DNA of 64,000 nt from the IMG/VR virus record IMGVR_UViG_3300028835_002692, one strand, 5' to 3'. This stretch comes from an uncultured virus (IMG/VR IMGVR_UViG_3300028835_002692). Lineage: Duplodnaviria > Heunggongvirae > Uroviricota > Caudoviricetes. The notes beneath the pieces were generated by a model, which saw only the letters and a list, made by a program, of their open reading frames with translations, made no database searches and was not told the origin of the DNA. The position numbers and the translations under genes are program-made. This document shows, piece after piece, positions 38,390 to 47,491 of this stretch (the first letter of the stretch is position 1; every line of letters starts with the position of its first letter).

Positions 38390-38713
38390 ATGCTATTTAA
38401 TGTGCACTACGGCCAGTTAAGGTTCAGATACGGGAAGTGGGTTCATATTCCCAAAACCCCAAGAAGCAGGCTGATAATGACAAGGCTAAAAGAAGGTGGA
38501 GAGAGCGTTACCTATATTGCCGACAAAGTTGGCAATATTGATGTGAAAGCCCCATTACATGTTCGGACTATGATGGGTCTTGGCTATCCCATTTATGACG
38601 GTGATGGCAAAACCTACCCCGTTCCGCCTGATGACCTTACCTGGCCAAGACTAGAAACAGATAGTCAATACATGCGCCGTTGTATGGAGGCACAGGGAAA
38701 AGGAGGCGATTAA
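38390..38713 (+). CDS. hypothetical protein
   Basis: ATG after GGAGG. Confidence 0.55.
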   Translation: MLFNVHYGQLRFRYGKWVHIPKTPRSRLIMTRLKEGGESVTYIADKVGNIDVKAPLHVRTMMGLGYPIYDGDGKTYPVPPDDLTWPRLETDSQYMRRCMEAQGKGGD

Positions 38714-39195
38714 TGGCCAACTACTGGGTAAATACGGGCAAATTAAGGTGCTGGGCAGGGGCAACAGGTGAAATTGACCTGATAAATGATGCTGCGGTCA
38801 AGGTAATGGCTGTGGAAACAAATGACGTACCTGATGACCCGGATATTGAGTTTGTTGGTGACTATTTGGGCGGTGGTGATGCCGTTGAGGTAACTTCAAC
38901 TGGCTACACTGGCGGCTGGGGCGGCGCAGGCAGAAAAGCTCTAGCTTCCAAAGTTCTGGCAGTTGACCAGACTAATAACCGGGCCGAATTTGACTGCGCC
39001 GACGTTACCTGGTCTACCATTAGCCAGAATGCCGCAGAGCAATGGGTAGGATTCGCAATCATCAAAGAAATTACCAATGATGCTGCTTCGCCCGTTGTTG
39101 CCGTAATAAATACCGCCACCGGCTTGCCTCTGACGCCTAATGGCAGTGATATAACACTCACTATTGACGCGGAGGGATTGCTTCATATTACTTAG
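38713..39195 (+). CDS. phage structural protein
   Basis: EVTSTGYT..G..AL..FDCADVTW..PNGSDIT pattern of phage minor structural proteins. Confidence 0.65.
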   Translation: MANYWVNTGKLRCWAGATGEIDLINDAAVKVMAVETNDVPDDPDIEFVGDYLGGGDAVEVTSTGYTGGWGGAGRKALASKVLAVDQTNNRAEFDCADVTWSTISQNAAEQWVGFAIIKEITNDAASPVVAVINTATGLPLTPNGSDITLTIDAEGLLHIT

Positions 39196-39267
39196 CATAG
39201 GAGCCTCCTGGGCGACGACGGCGCGTTAATCGTGGTAGTCTCACGACCATATCTATAAGGGATAAGT

Positions 39268-41019
39268 ATGCCCAAAATCCAAAAGGTAACTGACCCAGCA
39301 AAAAGAGTCACAGACCCCGTTGTTTTGGGCCAACTCGATAGAGAAGGAATTGACCCTAACTTTGTTGAGTTCTTTCAGGACTATGCCCCCAGATGGCGGA
39401 AGCGTCCTGATGGCACGCATTATCGTGTGAAGGGGTGTAGCCCCTTTGCCAAATTCTACTTCGACCGTGTATCCGGCAAGCGGTTTATGGTTACCTCCAA
39501 CTTGCCCATGGTCAAGGCAGAGGGGCATAAGATTGAACCGGGCTGGCTCTACGCCAGGGAGAAATATTACTCAAAGGCCAACCTGTTCTCGGCTATTGTT
39601 GAAGGAAAGCAAGCCCAACTTACCTGCCTATCTGACCAGCCGGATGGCACAAAGAAGGGCGCCAGGGTTACTTACAAGCCTCAGCTCTTTATTGATGGCA
39701 TTGAGATAATCAATGGGTCAGAGCCGAGACTGCTCCCCACTGACCCCATAAACCCGAACTATAAAGAGAACACCCTGGAGTGGACTTATGGCGCTATCGC
39801 CGAGCGCAGGATAAGAATTTTTGAGGGGCGATACAGAGACAGATTTTTCGTTCTATCCCATCCTCACGGCAGGGTCAGCGTCAAGAACAACTGCGTTGGC
39901 AATCTGAAGCTAAAACTCGGTTCTGCGGTAGATGCCAAAGGCAATCCACTCAAGGTCAGCGTTATCGGGGATGAGGAGATTGTAGAAGCCAGTGAGTTTG
40001 ATAGGGCTGTTTTCCCTGTTCAGATAGGGGCAACCCTAACAGTCTATCCTGATACCAATGCTGCGGGGGTTGATGGGCAAGTAGCTCGCAATATTGGTGC
40101 TGGCGATACATGGGCAGCCATCAGGGATGGTGCTGGAACTTACGCTGTCGATGACATAACCGACAACTATTGCCATTACATAATCTCAGATGATGAGAAT
40201 GATAAGTGGGACCAGGTACGTAGGGCACCGCTCGTATTAGATTGCTCCGATTTGGGTGCCGGAGCCATAGTCAGCGCTGGCACACTTTCACTATATGGAT
40301 GGACTAAGGAAGATACTGGTGGTTGGACACCGACTACGAATATCTATGCCTGCAACCCTGCCAGTAATACTGCCCTTGTGGCTGCTGACTTTGGCACTTT
40401 TGGCACAACACCCTACTGTGATACTGCAATTACTTACGCTGGCTGGAATGACGCAGGTTATAATGCCTTTGTCTATAATGCTACGGGCATTGCTGCAATA
40501 CCCAATGACGATGTACATAAGGTAGGCACTAGAAATGCTAATTATGATGTAGCTGATAGTCCGCCCACTTGGGCAGCAGATAAGGCAGCAGGAGTAGGCT
40601 ACTACGGCGTTGAAGAAGGTGTAGGTTTCAAGCCCAAGCTGGTGATTACTTATACGGTTCTACAAACGGTGACGCCTAGCTCAGTCCCAACCGCATCCTC
40701 AATTCAAGCACCCTCAGTCTCAGGCTCAGGCTCGTCCCCAATTACCCTATCACCAGTAGCGGTGCCATCCGCTGTTCAAGCACCCTCAGTCTCAGGCTCT
40801 GGCTCTGCGTCTATTGCTCCATCCCCAGTTCAAGCGGTATCAGCGGTGAATGGCGTGGTTTCAGCGACTGGCGTAGCGTCGATTTATCCTGACCCCATAA
40901 TTACTACATCTAGTGTCATGGTGCCTGTAACCACGATGACTTGCAGAGCACCGGAGCTTGAAAGAGAGGTGGCAGAACTTTTGCTCGCCCTTGAACCTAC
41001 GGCTCATTTTGAGGTTTAG
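39268..41019 (+). CDS. large putative virion/adhesion protein
   Basis: Beta-rich; KPKLVITY; Ser/Pro repeats near the C-terminus. Confidence 0.65.
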   Translation: MPKIQKVTDPAKRVTDPVVLGQLDREGIDPNFVEFFQDYAPRWRKRPDGTHYRVKGCSPFAKFYFDRVSGKRFMVTSNLPMVKAEGHKIEPGWLYAREKYYSKANLFSAIVEGKQAQLTCLSDQPDGTKKGARVTYKPQLFIDGIEIINGSEPRLLPTDPINPNYKENTLEWTYGAIAERRIRIFEGRYRDRFFVLSHPHGRVSVKNNCVGNLKLKLGSAVDAKGNPLKVSVIGDEEIVEASEFDRAVFPVQIGATLTVYPDTNAAGVDGQVARNIGAGDTWAAIRDGAGTYAVDDITDNYCHYIISDDENDKWDQVRRAPLVLDCSDLGAGAIVSAGTLSLYGWTKEDTGGWTPTTNIYACNPASNTALVAADFGTFGTTPYCDTAITYAGWNDAGYNAFVYNATGIAAIPNDDVHKVGTRNANYDVADSPPTWAADKAAGVGYYGVEEGVGFKPKLVITYTVLQTVTPSSVPTASSIQAPSVSGSGSSPITLSPVAVPSAVQAPSVSGSGSASIAPSPVQAVSAVNGVVSATGVASIYPDPIITTSSVMVPVTTMTCRAPELEREVAELLLALEPTAHFEV

Positions 41020-41062
41020 TGCCTCCTCCAGCAATCTGACTATAGCCCTTGACATTGTGGTG

Positions 41063-41084
41063 GCGTATAACTAATATTATACGC
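41063..41084. repeat. 22-bp palindromic site GCGTATAA-CTAATA-TTATACGC overlapping a promoter -10
   Basis: TTGACA at 41049, TAATAT 17 bp later. Confidence 0.95.
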
Positions 41085-41100
41085 AGTAAGGAGGTGCCAC

Positions 41101-41364
41101 ATGGTTACCCCTCTTGAGAGTATGACAACTAGGCTGGTTAAAGACCTTCAAGCCTTTCAGAGGCTCCGGGGTCGTCTTAACACTGAAATTATGAGAACTC
41201 ACCATAATTTACGTCCACCAAAGCTTGGTCCGCTGGAAGTGACTGATCCCCTCAGGCAAGGGCTGGTAGAGGTAGACCGTTTAATGTCTCAAGCTGAGGG
41301 GGAATTTATCAAAACCCTTCAGCAGTTTCCTGCCGTCTATCCGAAACTTGGTCGAGGCGTTTAA
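41101..41364 (+). CDS. small helical protein (site-bracketed cassette)
   Basis: Stop TAA lies in the left arm of the 41357 site. Confidence 0.65.
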   Translation: MVTPLESMTTRLVKDLQAFQRLRGRLNTEIMRTHHNLRPPKLGPLEVTDPLRQGLVEVDRLMSQAEGEFIKTLQQFPAVYPKLGRGV

Positions 41365-41378
41365 TCAATATTATACGC
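41357..41378. repeat. 22-bp palindromic site GCGTTTAA-TCAATA-TTATACGC
   Basis: One mismatch to consensus. Confidence 0.9.
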
Positions 41379-41443
41379 AGATACTTTCTGCAGGACGCTT
41401 TTGGCGTTCCTGTTACCGTATAAATACATAAAAGGAGGAGATC

Positions 41444-41650
41444 ATGGCACAGGAAGTAAATCTTTTGGACCCATTGGGAATTGCTAAGGCGGTAAGAGGT
41501 CAGGTTAACCAGATGGCGATCCAGGCAAGGTTGCCCCAGGTCCCCGAGGTGCCCACTATCACAGTGAGTATGGCTGGTCTACCCCTCTTAAACCGATTCA
41601 ACCAGATTACTGACCGCCCCGGAATGAGTAGAGGCGACAGGGCGGGATAA
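41444..41650 (+). CDS. small hypothetical protein
   Basis: Strong RBS. Confidence 0.6.
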   Translation: MAQEVNLLDPLGIAKAVRGQVNQMAIQARLPQVPEVPTITVSMAGLPLLNRFNQITDRPGMSRGDRAG

Positions 41651-41651
41651 G

Positions 41652-41951
41652 ATGGCGAATAACCCGGAAGACCCCTTCGCAGATTTGCGGCGAAGGCTGG
41701 AGGAGCTATTCGGTCATCCACCAGGTGCCTTTGACCCTACTTCAAATGTCTTGAGGGATATGGAGAGGATTAACAGGGCGCTCGGCCATGGCTTTGTCCA
41801 GTTTCAGCACATAATCGGGCCCCAGGCTCTCCTGGATAGAATTGAAGCCTCCCTTGAGACCCCGGCAGCACGCGAGGTCCTGGATCTGCCCCGGCGAGTG
41901 ATGATCTGGCCTAAGATATGGCCGGACCAGGTCTGGAGGAGGAGGGAGTAG
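41652..41951 (+). CDS. hypothetical protein
   Basis: Operon context. Confidence 0.55.
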   Translation: MANNPEDPFADLRRRLEELFGHPPGAFDPTSNVLRDMERINRALGHGFVQFQHIIGPQALLDRIEASLETPAAREVLDLPRRVMIWPKIWPDQVWRRRE

Positions 41952-41953
41952 CG

Positions 41954-42823
41954 ATGAACTACTTGGTAGTTGATTCGGAATTTAACCGAAAGAATTATCC
42001 CACCCTGATTGGGAAAGTGCTCGACACCCCGCCCGCCTATGCTGAGGTGAGAAAATTCGATGGGAAGGCTTACTATGGGCTCTTCTTGGTAAACTGGCAA
42101 TATGGAGGCTACAGCTATATCGAGCAAGACCTGAGCAAGAAGCCCGAGCTGTGGCCAAGAGGGTCAGCGGACTACGCCAGCCCGGATGAGGTTATCAGGA
42201 TAGCCCAGAAGTACGGCATACCTGAGATATCCCTGGCTGGCGGTTACTGGCAGCAACTCGGCTATAAGGGCTACGGTCAGAAGGTCAGCATCCCAGGCGC
42301 CCAGAAAGCCTTGTATGAGGCGAGGGAAAAGCAGTGGGGTGTGGCACCAACCATAGGTCTGCCGAAAGAAACAGAAGGGGAGAATACGGTAGGCGCCCGG
42401 GTGATTAAGACCCTGGCCACCAAGACCATTAATGACATCACCTATGAGCAGATGAGCCGGATAGTGAGACGGCTCGGCAGGATGTCGAAGACGGATAGGG
42501 GTATTCCGAAGCGGGTAGCCGATGTCCTGGCTGATGAGATCGGGCCCCAGAAGGCGCTCCAGTATATTGACAAAGCCCTCGCTGCCGGCCAGATTATGGC
42601 TAAGGAATACGACGAGATGCGGGCTGCCCTGTTACTGCCTATGCCCCGGGCGGAGATCCCCGCCCCGACAATTAGAAGGATGGCTGCCGATCTGGCTCAG
42701 GGGCAGGAGAGGTTGCGTCAGGATTTCCGTAAGCTCACCGGGCAAGGCCAGGCCGCTTTCAGAAAGCCCTTCGAGGCGGTAGACAAGGACGTGAAGAAAA
42801 TGAGAAAGGCATTGGGGCTCTAA
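41954..42823 (+). CDS. hypothetical protein
   Basis: ATG after GGAGG. Confidence 0.65.
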   Translation: MNYLVVDSEFNRKNYPTLIGKVLDTPPAYAEVRKFDGKAYYGLFLVNWQYGGYSYIEQDLSKKPELWPRGSADYASPDEVIRIAQKYGIPEISLAGGYWQQLGYKGYGQKVSIPGAQKALYEAREKQWGVAPTIGLPKETEGENTVGARVIKTLATKTINDITYEQMSRIVRRLGRMSKTDRGIPKRVADVLADEIGPQKALQYIDKALAAGQIMAKEYDEMRAALLLPMPRAEIPAPTIRRMAADLAQGQERLRQDFRKLTGQGQAAFRKPFEAVDKDVKKMRKALGL

Positions 42824-42825
42824 TT

Positions 42826-43608
42826 ATGGCAGATGGACAGTATCACACAAAGAACCTGGCTCGGACCGGTAAAAAGAGTTTCGGGGTTAAGATAACGAAC
42901 CCGCTGACCCTGGCGGTGAGTGTGAGGATTAAGTGTCCCACCGGGGCTCTCCGCTCCGGCGATGGTAAAGAGACTTGGCGCACGATAAAGCCCAAGGAGA
43001 CCCTTTACATCCCGACTAAGGGCAGGTGCGAGTTAGATATTCTCCCGTCGATTGTCCGCTATGATGATGTCGGTAATCCCATAAAGCTCGCTGATGCCGG
43101 ATTTGAGCACGTTCAAAACCCATCTTCGGGAAAGAAGCCAGCACACCAGGCGGGCCCAACCATCACCGCAGGGCAGAAGAATGTTAAGTCCGGGCGCTGG
43201 GTCATCGTTGCCGAGTGGCTGATAACGAAGGGATTCGCCGGGCTTCTACAGGGTATCTCTATTCAGCTTGATGGGGACTGCGAGGCTCAGGTGATTATCA
43301 GCCGGCAGAAGCCGGTCAAAGTGAAGAAGGATACCACCCTGTCATACCAGAATACCACCTGGATAAACAAGGGCGAGTCAGTCAGGGTTAAGGCTCATGC
43401 CCCCGGAGGTGGTAAGGGTAGCTGCCACGTCATGATTCAGGGAGAGCTTTGTCCTGTCGGGACGCCGGTACCCGCCGATAGGCTCCCAGGACCGGCCCCG
43501 GAGCACATCACCGAGCATAAACCTAGCAAAGAACCCGAGGAGCCAGAGCTGCGCTCTCTCGGTGACATGATAGATGAAATGAGGAAGCGGGAGGAGGTGA
43601 AAGTATGA
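42826..43608 (+). CDS. hypothetical beta-rich protein
   Basis: Operon context. Confidence 0.65.
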   Translation: MADGQYHTKNLARTGKKSFGVKITNPLTLAVSVRIKCPTGALRSGDGKETWRTIKPKETLYIPTKGRCELDILPSIVRYDDVGNPIKLADAGFEHVQNPSSGKKPAHQAGPTITAGQKNVKSGRWVIVAEWLITKGFAGLLQGISIQLDGDCEAQVIISRQKPVKVKKDTTLSYQNTTWINKGESVRVKAHAPGGGKGSCHVMIQGELCPVGTPVPADRLPGPAPEHITEHKPSKEPEEPELRSLGDMIDEMRKREEVKV

Positions 43609-44042
43609 AGCTCAGAGTAGAAGGCATAGAGGAAATCTTGATAACAGACCCGAAGGGTGCCTGCAAGCTGGCGGCCCTCCCGGCATTACCTCCGGCGCTC
43701 CCGGCATTGCCTTCGCCAAGCCAAGGACAGCCGGTGCAGCCCAGCCCGGGTCAATGGGGAATCCCATGGCAACCGAGTCCCCAGTTGCCCACGCCCTTCG
43801 GCCCGTCGCCTATAGTACCTATTCCTGGGGCTGGGGATGTTGCCGTGCCTCACAAAACGGGCATCTACACCAGGCACGTGCATGACCCCAACGACCCGTT
43901 GCATCGGGCGAAGTGGGGAGTGGGCGGCCCAATGATTCAACAGGCAGCTCAGGAAGTTGACCCTGCCAAGTGGGAAAAGAACTGGCAGGCCAGTATGACC
44001 GGGGGAGAAGATAGAATCGATGGTAACCAATACACTTCCTAA
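43605..44042 (+). CDS. Pro-rich hypothetical protein
   Basis: GGAGGTG RBS. Confidence 0.6.
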   Translation: MKLRVEGIEEILITDPKGACKLAALPALPPALPALPSPSQGQPVQPSPGQWGIPWQPSPQLPTPFGPSPIVPIPGAGDVAVPHKTGIYTRHVHDPNDPLHRAKWGVGGPMIQQAAQEVDPAKWEKNWQASMTGGEDRIDGNQYTS

Positions 44043-44952
44043 AACAGATGACCTGGTAGCCTTTGATGACTACCTGCGGTATGGGACGGATGAAGAGCTC
44101 TCAAAGGTGGAGACGTCCCGGCGTGCCTACTGCTGGACGGTGGAGCTGTTTCAACACTTCCTGGATGGCCGCGAGCTGACACCCCAGCTGGCCAAGGAAT
44201 TCATCAGGGAGCTTGAGGAAAAGGGAAATGCTGCCACCAGCATTAACCGCCACATCTGGGCGCTGAAGAGCTATTTCCGCTTCAAAGGCAAGGGGCAGGA
44301 GCTTAAGATTCGTGGCCTCAAGACAATAGACTATAAGCCCAGGTATCTTCATGGTATGCCTGGCTCAGGTGGGGAATGGGATAAACTCGTGAATACCACC
44401 TCGGAGCCGATTTATGATCCGGCCCTACCTGATGCTGCCCGCCGCCGGGCCAAGAAAGAACTGGCGCTTCTCTATGCCTATGGCGGAGCCGGTCTGAGGC
44501 TCTCTGAGGCAATTAACCTGAAGATAGATGACATACTCGAGGGGGGCTTTATCCGTGTAATCCGTAAGGGTGGCCATGAAGACTTCGTGCCCGTAGAGGA
44601 TGAGGTCTTGAGGATATTCCAAGATTACCTGGAAACCAAAGACCAGGATGGGCGTTTCATCTTCTCTGGTAAAGACCCAGATACTCCCATGGCACCGCGT
44701 ACTGCCCAGTCTATCATTAAGGCCATCTGCCGCCGTGCCGGGCTTGGGGATGTTCACGTCCATAGCCTCAGACACACCGCTGGCTATCAGCTCAGCAATA
44801 GTGGAGCTCGCATAGAGGATATTCAGGATTTCCTGGGGCATAAGAATATCGCCACTACCAAGATATATGAACATCTGGTGGCCGAAGAGCGTAAGCGCCG
44901 GCTGCCAAAGCGATTTGCCAAAGCCAGACAAGGGAGGTTAGACTGGAAATGA
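44020..44952 (+). CDS. Xer-like tyrosine recombinase
   Basis: SAM-like N-domain; catalytic R (GLRLSE), K (RKGG), HSLRH, LGH, Y (TTKIY). Confidence 0.93.
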   Translation: MVTNTLPKTDDLVAFDDYLRYGTDEELSKVETSRRAYCWTVELFQHFLDGRELTPQLAKEFIRELEEKGNAATSINRHIWALKSYFRFKGKGQELKIRGLKTIDYKPRYLHGMPGSGGEWDKLVNTTSEPIYDPALPDAARRRAKKELALLYAYGGAGLRLSEAINLKIDDILEGGFIRVIRKGGHEDFVPVEDEVLRIFQDYLETKDQDGRFIFSGKDPDTPMAPRTAQSIIKAICRRAGLGDVHVHSLRHTAGYQLSNSGARIEDIQDFLGHKNIATTKIYEHLVAEERKRRLPKRFAKARQGRLDWK

Positions 44953-45206
44953 CCGAAGCCCCAGTAGCCTGGTTTGCCGCCAAGCGGGATAATATGTTCA
45001 TCCTTGGTGAGAGGCGGTTGAGAGACAGGGTCTTCGGCCTGAACCCGGCGACCAACGAATTTTCCATCTTAAGAGGGGGGAAGAAGGTCGTATTCGGCCA
45101 GTTGCTCAAGGTAGACATGAGTCCTGAAGCATTGCTTGAGGACCTTGATATAAGGGAGGGAGATAGATTACTTCTCCTTCCCACCGGTAGCGGTGCCGCG
45201 GAGTAG
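44949..45206 (+). CDS. small hypothetical protein
   Basis: Coupled to the recombinase; stop overlaps the tRNA 5' end. Confidence 0.5.
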   Translation: MTEAPVAWFAAKRDNMFILGERRLRDRVFGLNPATNEFSILRGGKKVVFGQLLKVDMSPEALLEDLDIREGDRLLLLPTGSGAAE

Positions 45207-45272
45207 AGCAGTTGGCAGCTCGGCAGGCCCATAACCTGCAGGTCGGGGGTTCGAATCCCCCCTCCGCTACCA
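45197..45272 (+). tRNA. tRNA-Met(CAT), initiator-like
   Basis: Full cloverleaf, C1xU72 mismatch, GGGGG-TTCGAAT-CCCCC T-arm, encoded CCA; anticodon loop CCCATAA. Confidence 0.9.
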
Positions 45273-45296
45273 ATAGTATATACTGAAGGGAAAACT

Positions 45297-45351
45297 GCTG
45301 GCTGGACACAGAGGCGGTTGCACCTTAGAGGTGTGGCCGCCTTTTCTTTTT
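45297..45351 (+). promoter_or_regulatory. leader terminator/attenuator, copy 2
   Basis: GCTGGCTGGACACAGAGGCGGTTGCACC..GGTGTGGCCGCC-TTTTCTTTTT. Confidence 0.7.
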
Positions 45352-45368
45352 AGGAGGAGGCTACGGAG

Positions 45369-46907
45369 ATGAGTGTACTAATTAAATCCGCACAGCCTAT
45401 AGTTGCAACCACTTTAGTAGTAGCTGCTTCGAATAGCCTCCATCCAAGAAGAGCCGACTATATCTGTGATGGCACTAATGACCATATAGAACTCCAGGCA
45501 GCGATTGATGCTCTGCCTGCCTACGGCGGGAAGATAGTATTGCTAGAGGGGTCATACCGAGGCGATGACACACGTGTTCTTGTTAATAAAGTAGGGGTGA
45601 CAATTGAAGGTCAGGCAAGAGGTCTTGGTGTAGGAACTCATCTTCGGGCTATTCCCTTTACCCTTTCGCTAGCAAGTGCCACGCTAAGGAACTTTTCTTG
45701 TAGAACAACTGACACAATACTTCTTGATGGTGCTGATTATGTAACGCTGGAAAATCTCACGGCTCGCTATGGCTATGGCTATGTAGTAAAAGTGACTAAT
45801 GGTGGGTATGTCTGGATAAGGAATGTCCTCTTTATGGTTAGAGGTACAGGAATAGAGATTGTATCACCAGCGAATGTCATCCTTATTGACGGTGCAGCTA
45901 TAACGGGGGAGGCTGATACTGCCAGTGCCAAAGGTATTCATGTATCAGGTGCTGGCTGGCCAACAACTATTGGGATTAGGAATGTCCTTTTTGGCGGCAC
46001 TGCTGCTCAGAACCATACTGGGATATACCTAGAGAGATGTGATGAAGTCCTCATTGAATCCTGTTTCCTTGAGGGAAATAGAGACCATATCTATATTCCT
46101 GGAGCTTCTGGCGGTGTTCACAGGGCACAGGAGGTTACTGTGCGGAATTGTCGTGTGGAAATGTCCATCGATGGCTCCCAGAGGTACGGTATCTATGCTG
46201 ACCACGCCCACCGCCTGAACATATACGACAATGACTTTAGTGGTGGTGGTGGAGGCGAGGAGTATATTCACTTAACTGCTAATGTTGAGGGGGCGGAATA
46301 TCGTAGAAACCAGTTTAGAGTTGCTGGGCTTATCAGTGACAACTCGGTGAAACCAGTAGCCTACGAAAGGCACAGCGACTTCTACATGGATGTCCTTGCT
46401 GCGGACACAAACCATATTGTCGCTGCCGAGGACTTGACTGCTGCAACACCAATTACTTGTACCATTGCTGCCCAGCCAGATGTTCCGAGAAATGTGACCA
46501 TCACCATTACTGATGGCGATACCTCAATAACAGCCTTTGATATTGATGTTTTAGGGGTTGATGCTAAAGGTGACGCCAAAACGGAAAACTTTGTCTTTGC
46601 TGGCGGATTAAGTCAGACTGGTAACATAGCCTTTGCCACTATAACTTCGGTAACGGTGAACTCAATTACAGGAGCAGGGGTAGGGGATATTCTGGATGTC
46701 GGAATAGGCTCAAAGTTGGGGCTTGCTAACAACATCTATGCCACTGGGGAAGTGTATAAGGTGAAGAAGAACAATGCTGACTGGCCTGCGGCCAACTACA
46801 CAGTTGATGCTACCTATGATACGGTAGATGTATCAACAGGAGGGGCAATAGGTGGTGGTGATGACTTTACCATTTACTATAGAACCAACCTCAATATAGT
46901 GACTTAG
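45369..46907 (+). CDS. pectin-lyase-like beta-helix protein (receptor-binding/depolymerase candidate)
   Basis: ADYICDGTND..QAAID..GGKIVLLEG; beta-helix repeats; QPDVPRNV C-domain. Confidence 0.75.
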   Translation: MSVLIKSAQPIVATTLVVAASNSLHPRRADYICDGTNDHIELQAAIDALPAYGGKIVLLEGSYRGDDTRVLVNKVGVTIEGQARGLGVGTHLRAIPFTLSLASATLRNFSCRTTDTILLDGADYVTLENLTARYGYGYVVKVTNGGYVWIRNVLFMVRGTGIEIVSPANVILIDGAAITGEADTASAKGIHVSGAGWPTTIGIRNVLFGGTAAQNHTGIYLERCDEVLIESCFLEGNRDHIYIPGASGGVHRAQEVTVRNCRVEMSIDGSQRYGIYADHAHRLNIYDNDFSGGGGGEEYIHLTANVEGAEYRRNQFRVAGLISDNSVKPVAYERHSDFYMDVLAADTNHIVAAEDLTAATPITCTIAAQPDVPRNVTITITDGDTSITAFDIDVLGVDAKGDAKTENFVFAGGLSQTGNIAFATITSVTVNSITGAGVGDILDVGIGSKLGLANNIYATGEVYKVKKNNADWPAANYTVDATYDTVDVSTGGAIGGGDDFTIYYRTNLNIVT

Positions 46908-46925
46908 GGAGGTGGGAGCTCTAAG

Positions 46926-47483
46926 ATGAAGAAGACCTGGCTGGATACCCTTGGTCAGGCCATCATCGAGCAAGTAGAAGGCGTCGTAGACAATACGATT
47001 GCTAATATTGCTACTTTATTCCACCACATACACTCTAGGACACGTGTCTACCCGCAGGATGTGACGGCCACAATAACCCTGGCGGCAAATGCAGCGGCTA
47101 ACACCTTCGGCTCATGGACTGAGATAATTCCGATAGATACCGTGGACTTTGAATATATGTGTGAAGGCATTGTGATTGAGGGGGTGGACGGCGCGACGAC
47201 TTACTTCATTCAACTGGGATATAGCCTTACTGACGGAGATGACCCGACTACTGCCCAGATAGTAGGTGAAAGGCGTGTCAGGATAGTTACGGTTCCAATT
47301 GCTAGGGCTACCGAGTCTCTTGAAATATCTGCTATGCACTGTCCTGCTAATGCGAAGCTGTGGGGACGGCTCAAGACAGCCTCGACCGATGCAGACGAGG
47401 CAGAGATAAGCGTGATAGTAGTAAGGCATACGTCTATAACGAATCATCTAGCACATCTGGCCACATGGCCGTGGGGGTCATAG
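46926..47483 (+). CDS. putative structural protein
   Basis: Beta-rich; NTFGSWTEI. Confidence 0.55.
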   Translation: MKKTWLDTLGQAIIEQVEGVVDNTIANIATLFHHIHSRTRVYPQDVTATITLAANAAANTFGSWTEIIPIDTVDFEYMCEGIVIEGVDGATTYFIQLGYSLTDGDDPTTAQIVGERRVRIVTVPIARATESLEISAMHCPANAKLWGRLKTASTDADEAEISVIVVRHTSITNHLAHLATWPWGS

Positions 47484-47491
47484 GAGAAATT

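Noticed and set aside
45197..45272. tRNA as the attL/attR boundary of a prophage
   Set aside because: Element-like genes and the shared motifs continue on both sides; no duplicate tRNA 3' end was noticed in the window.
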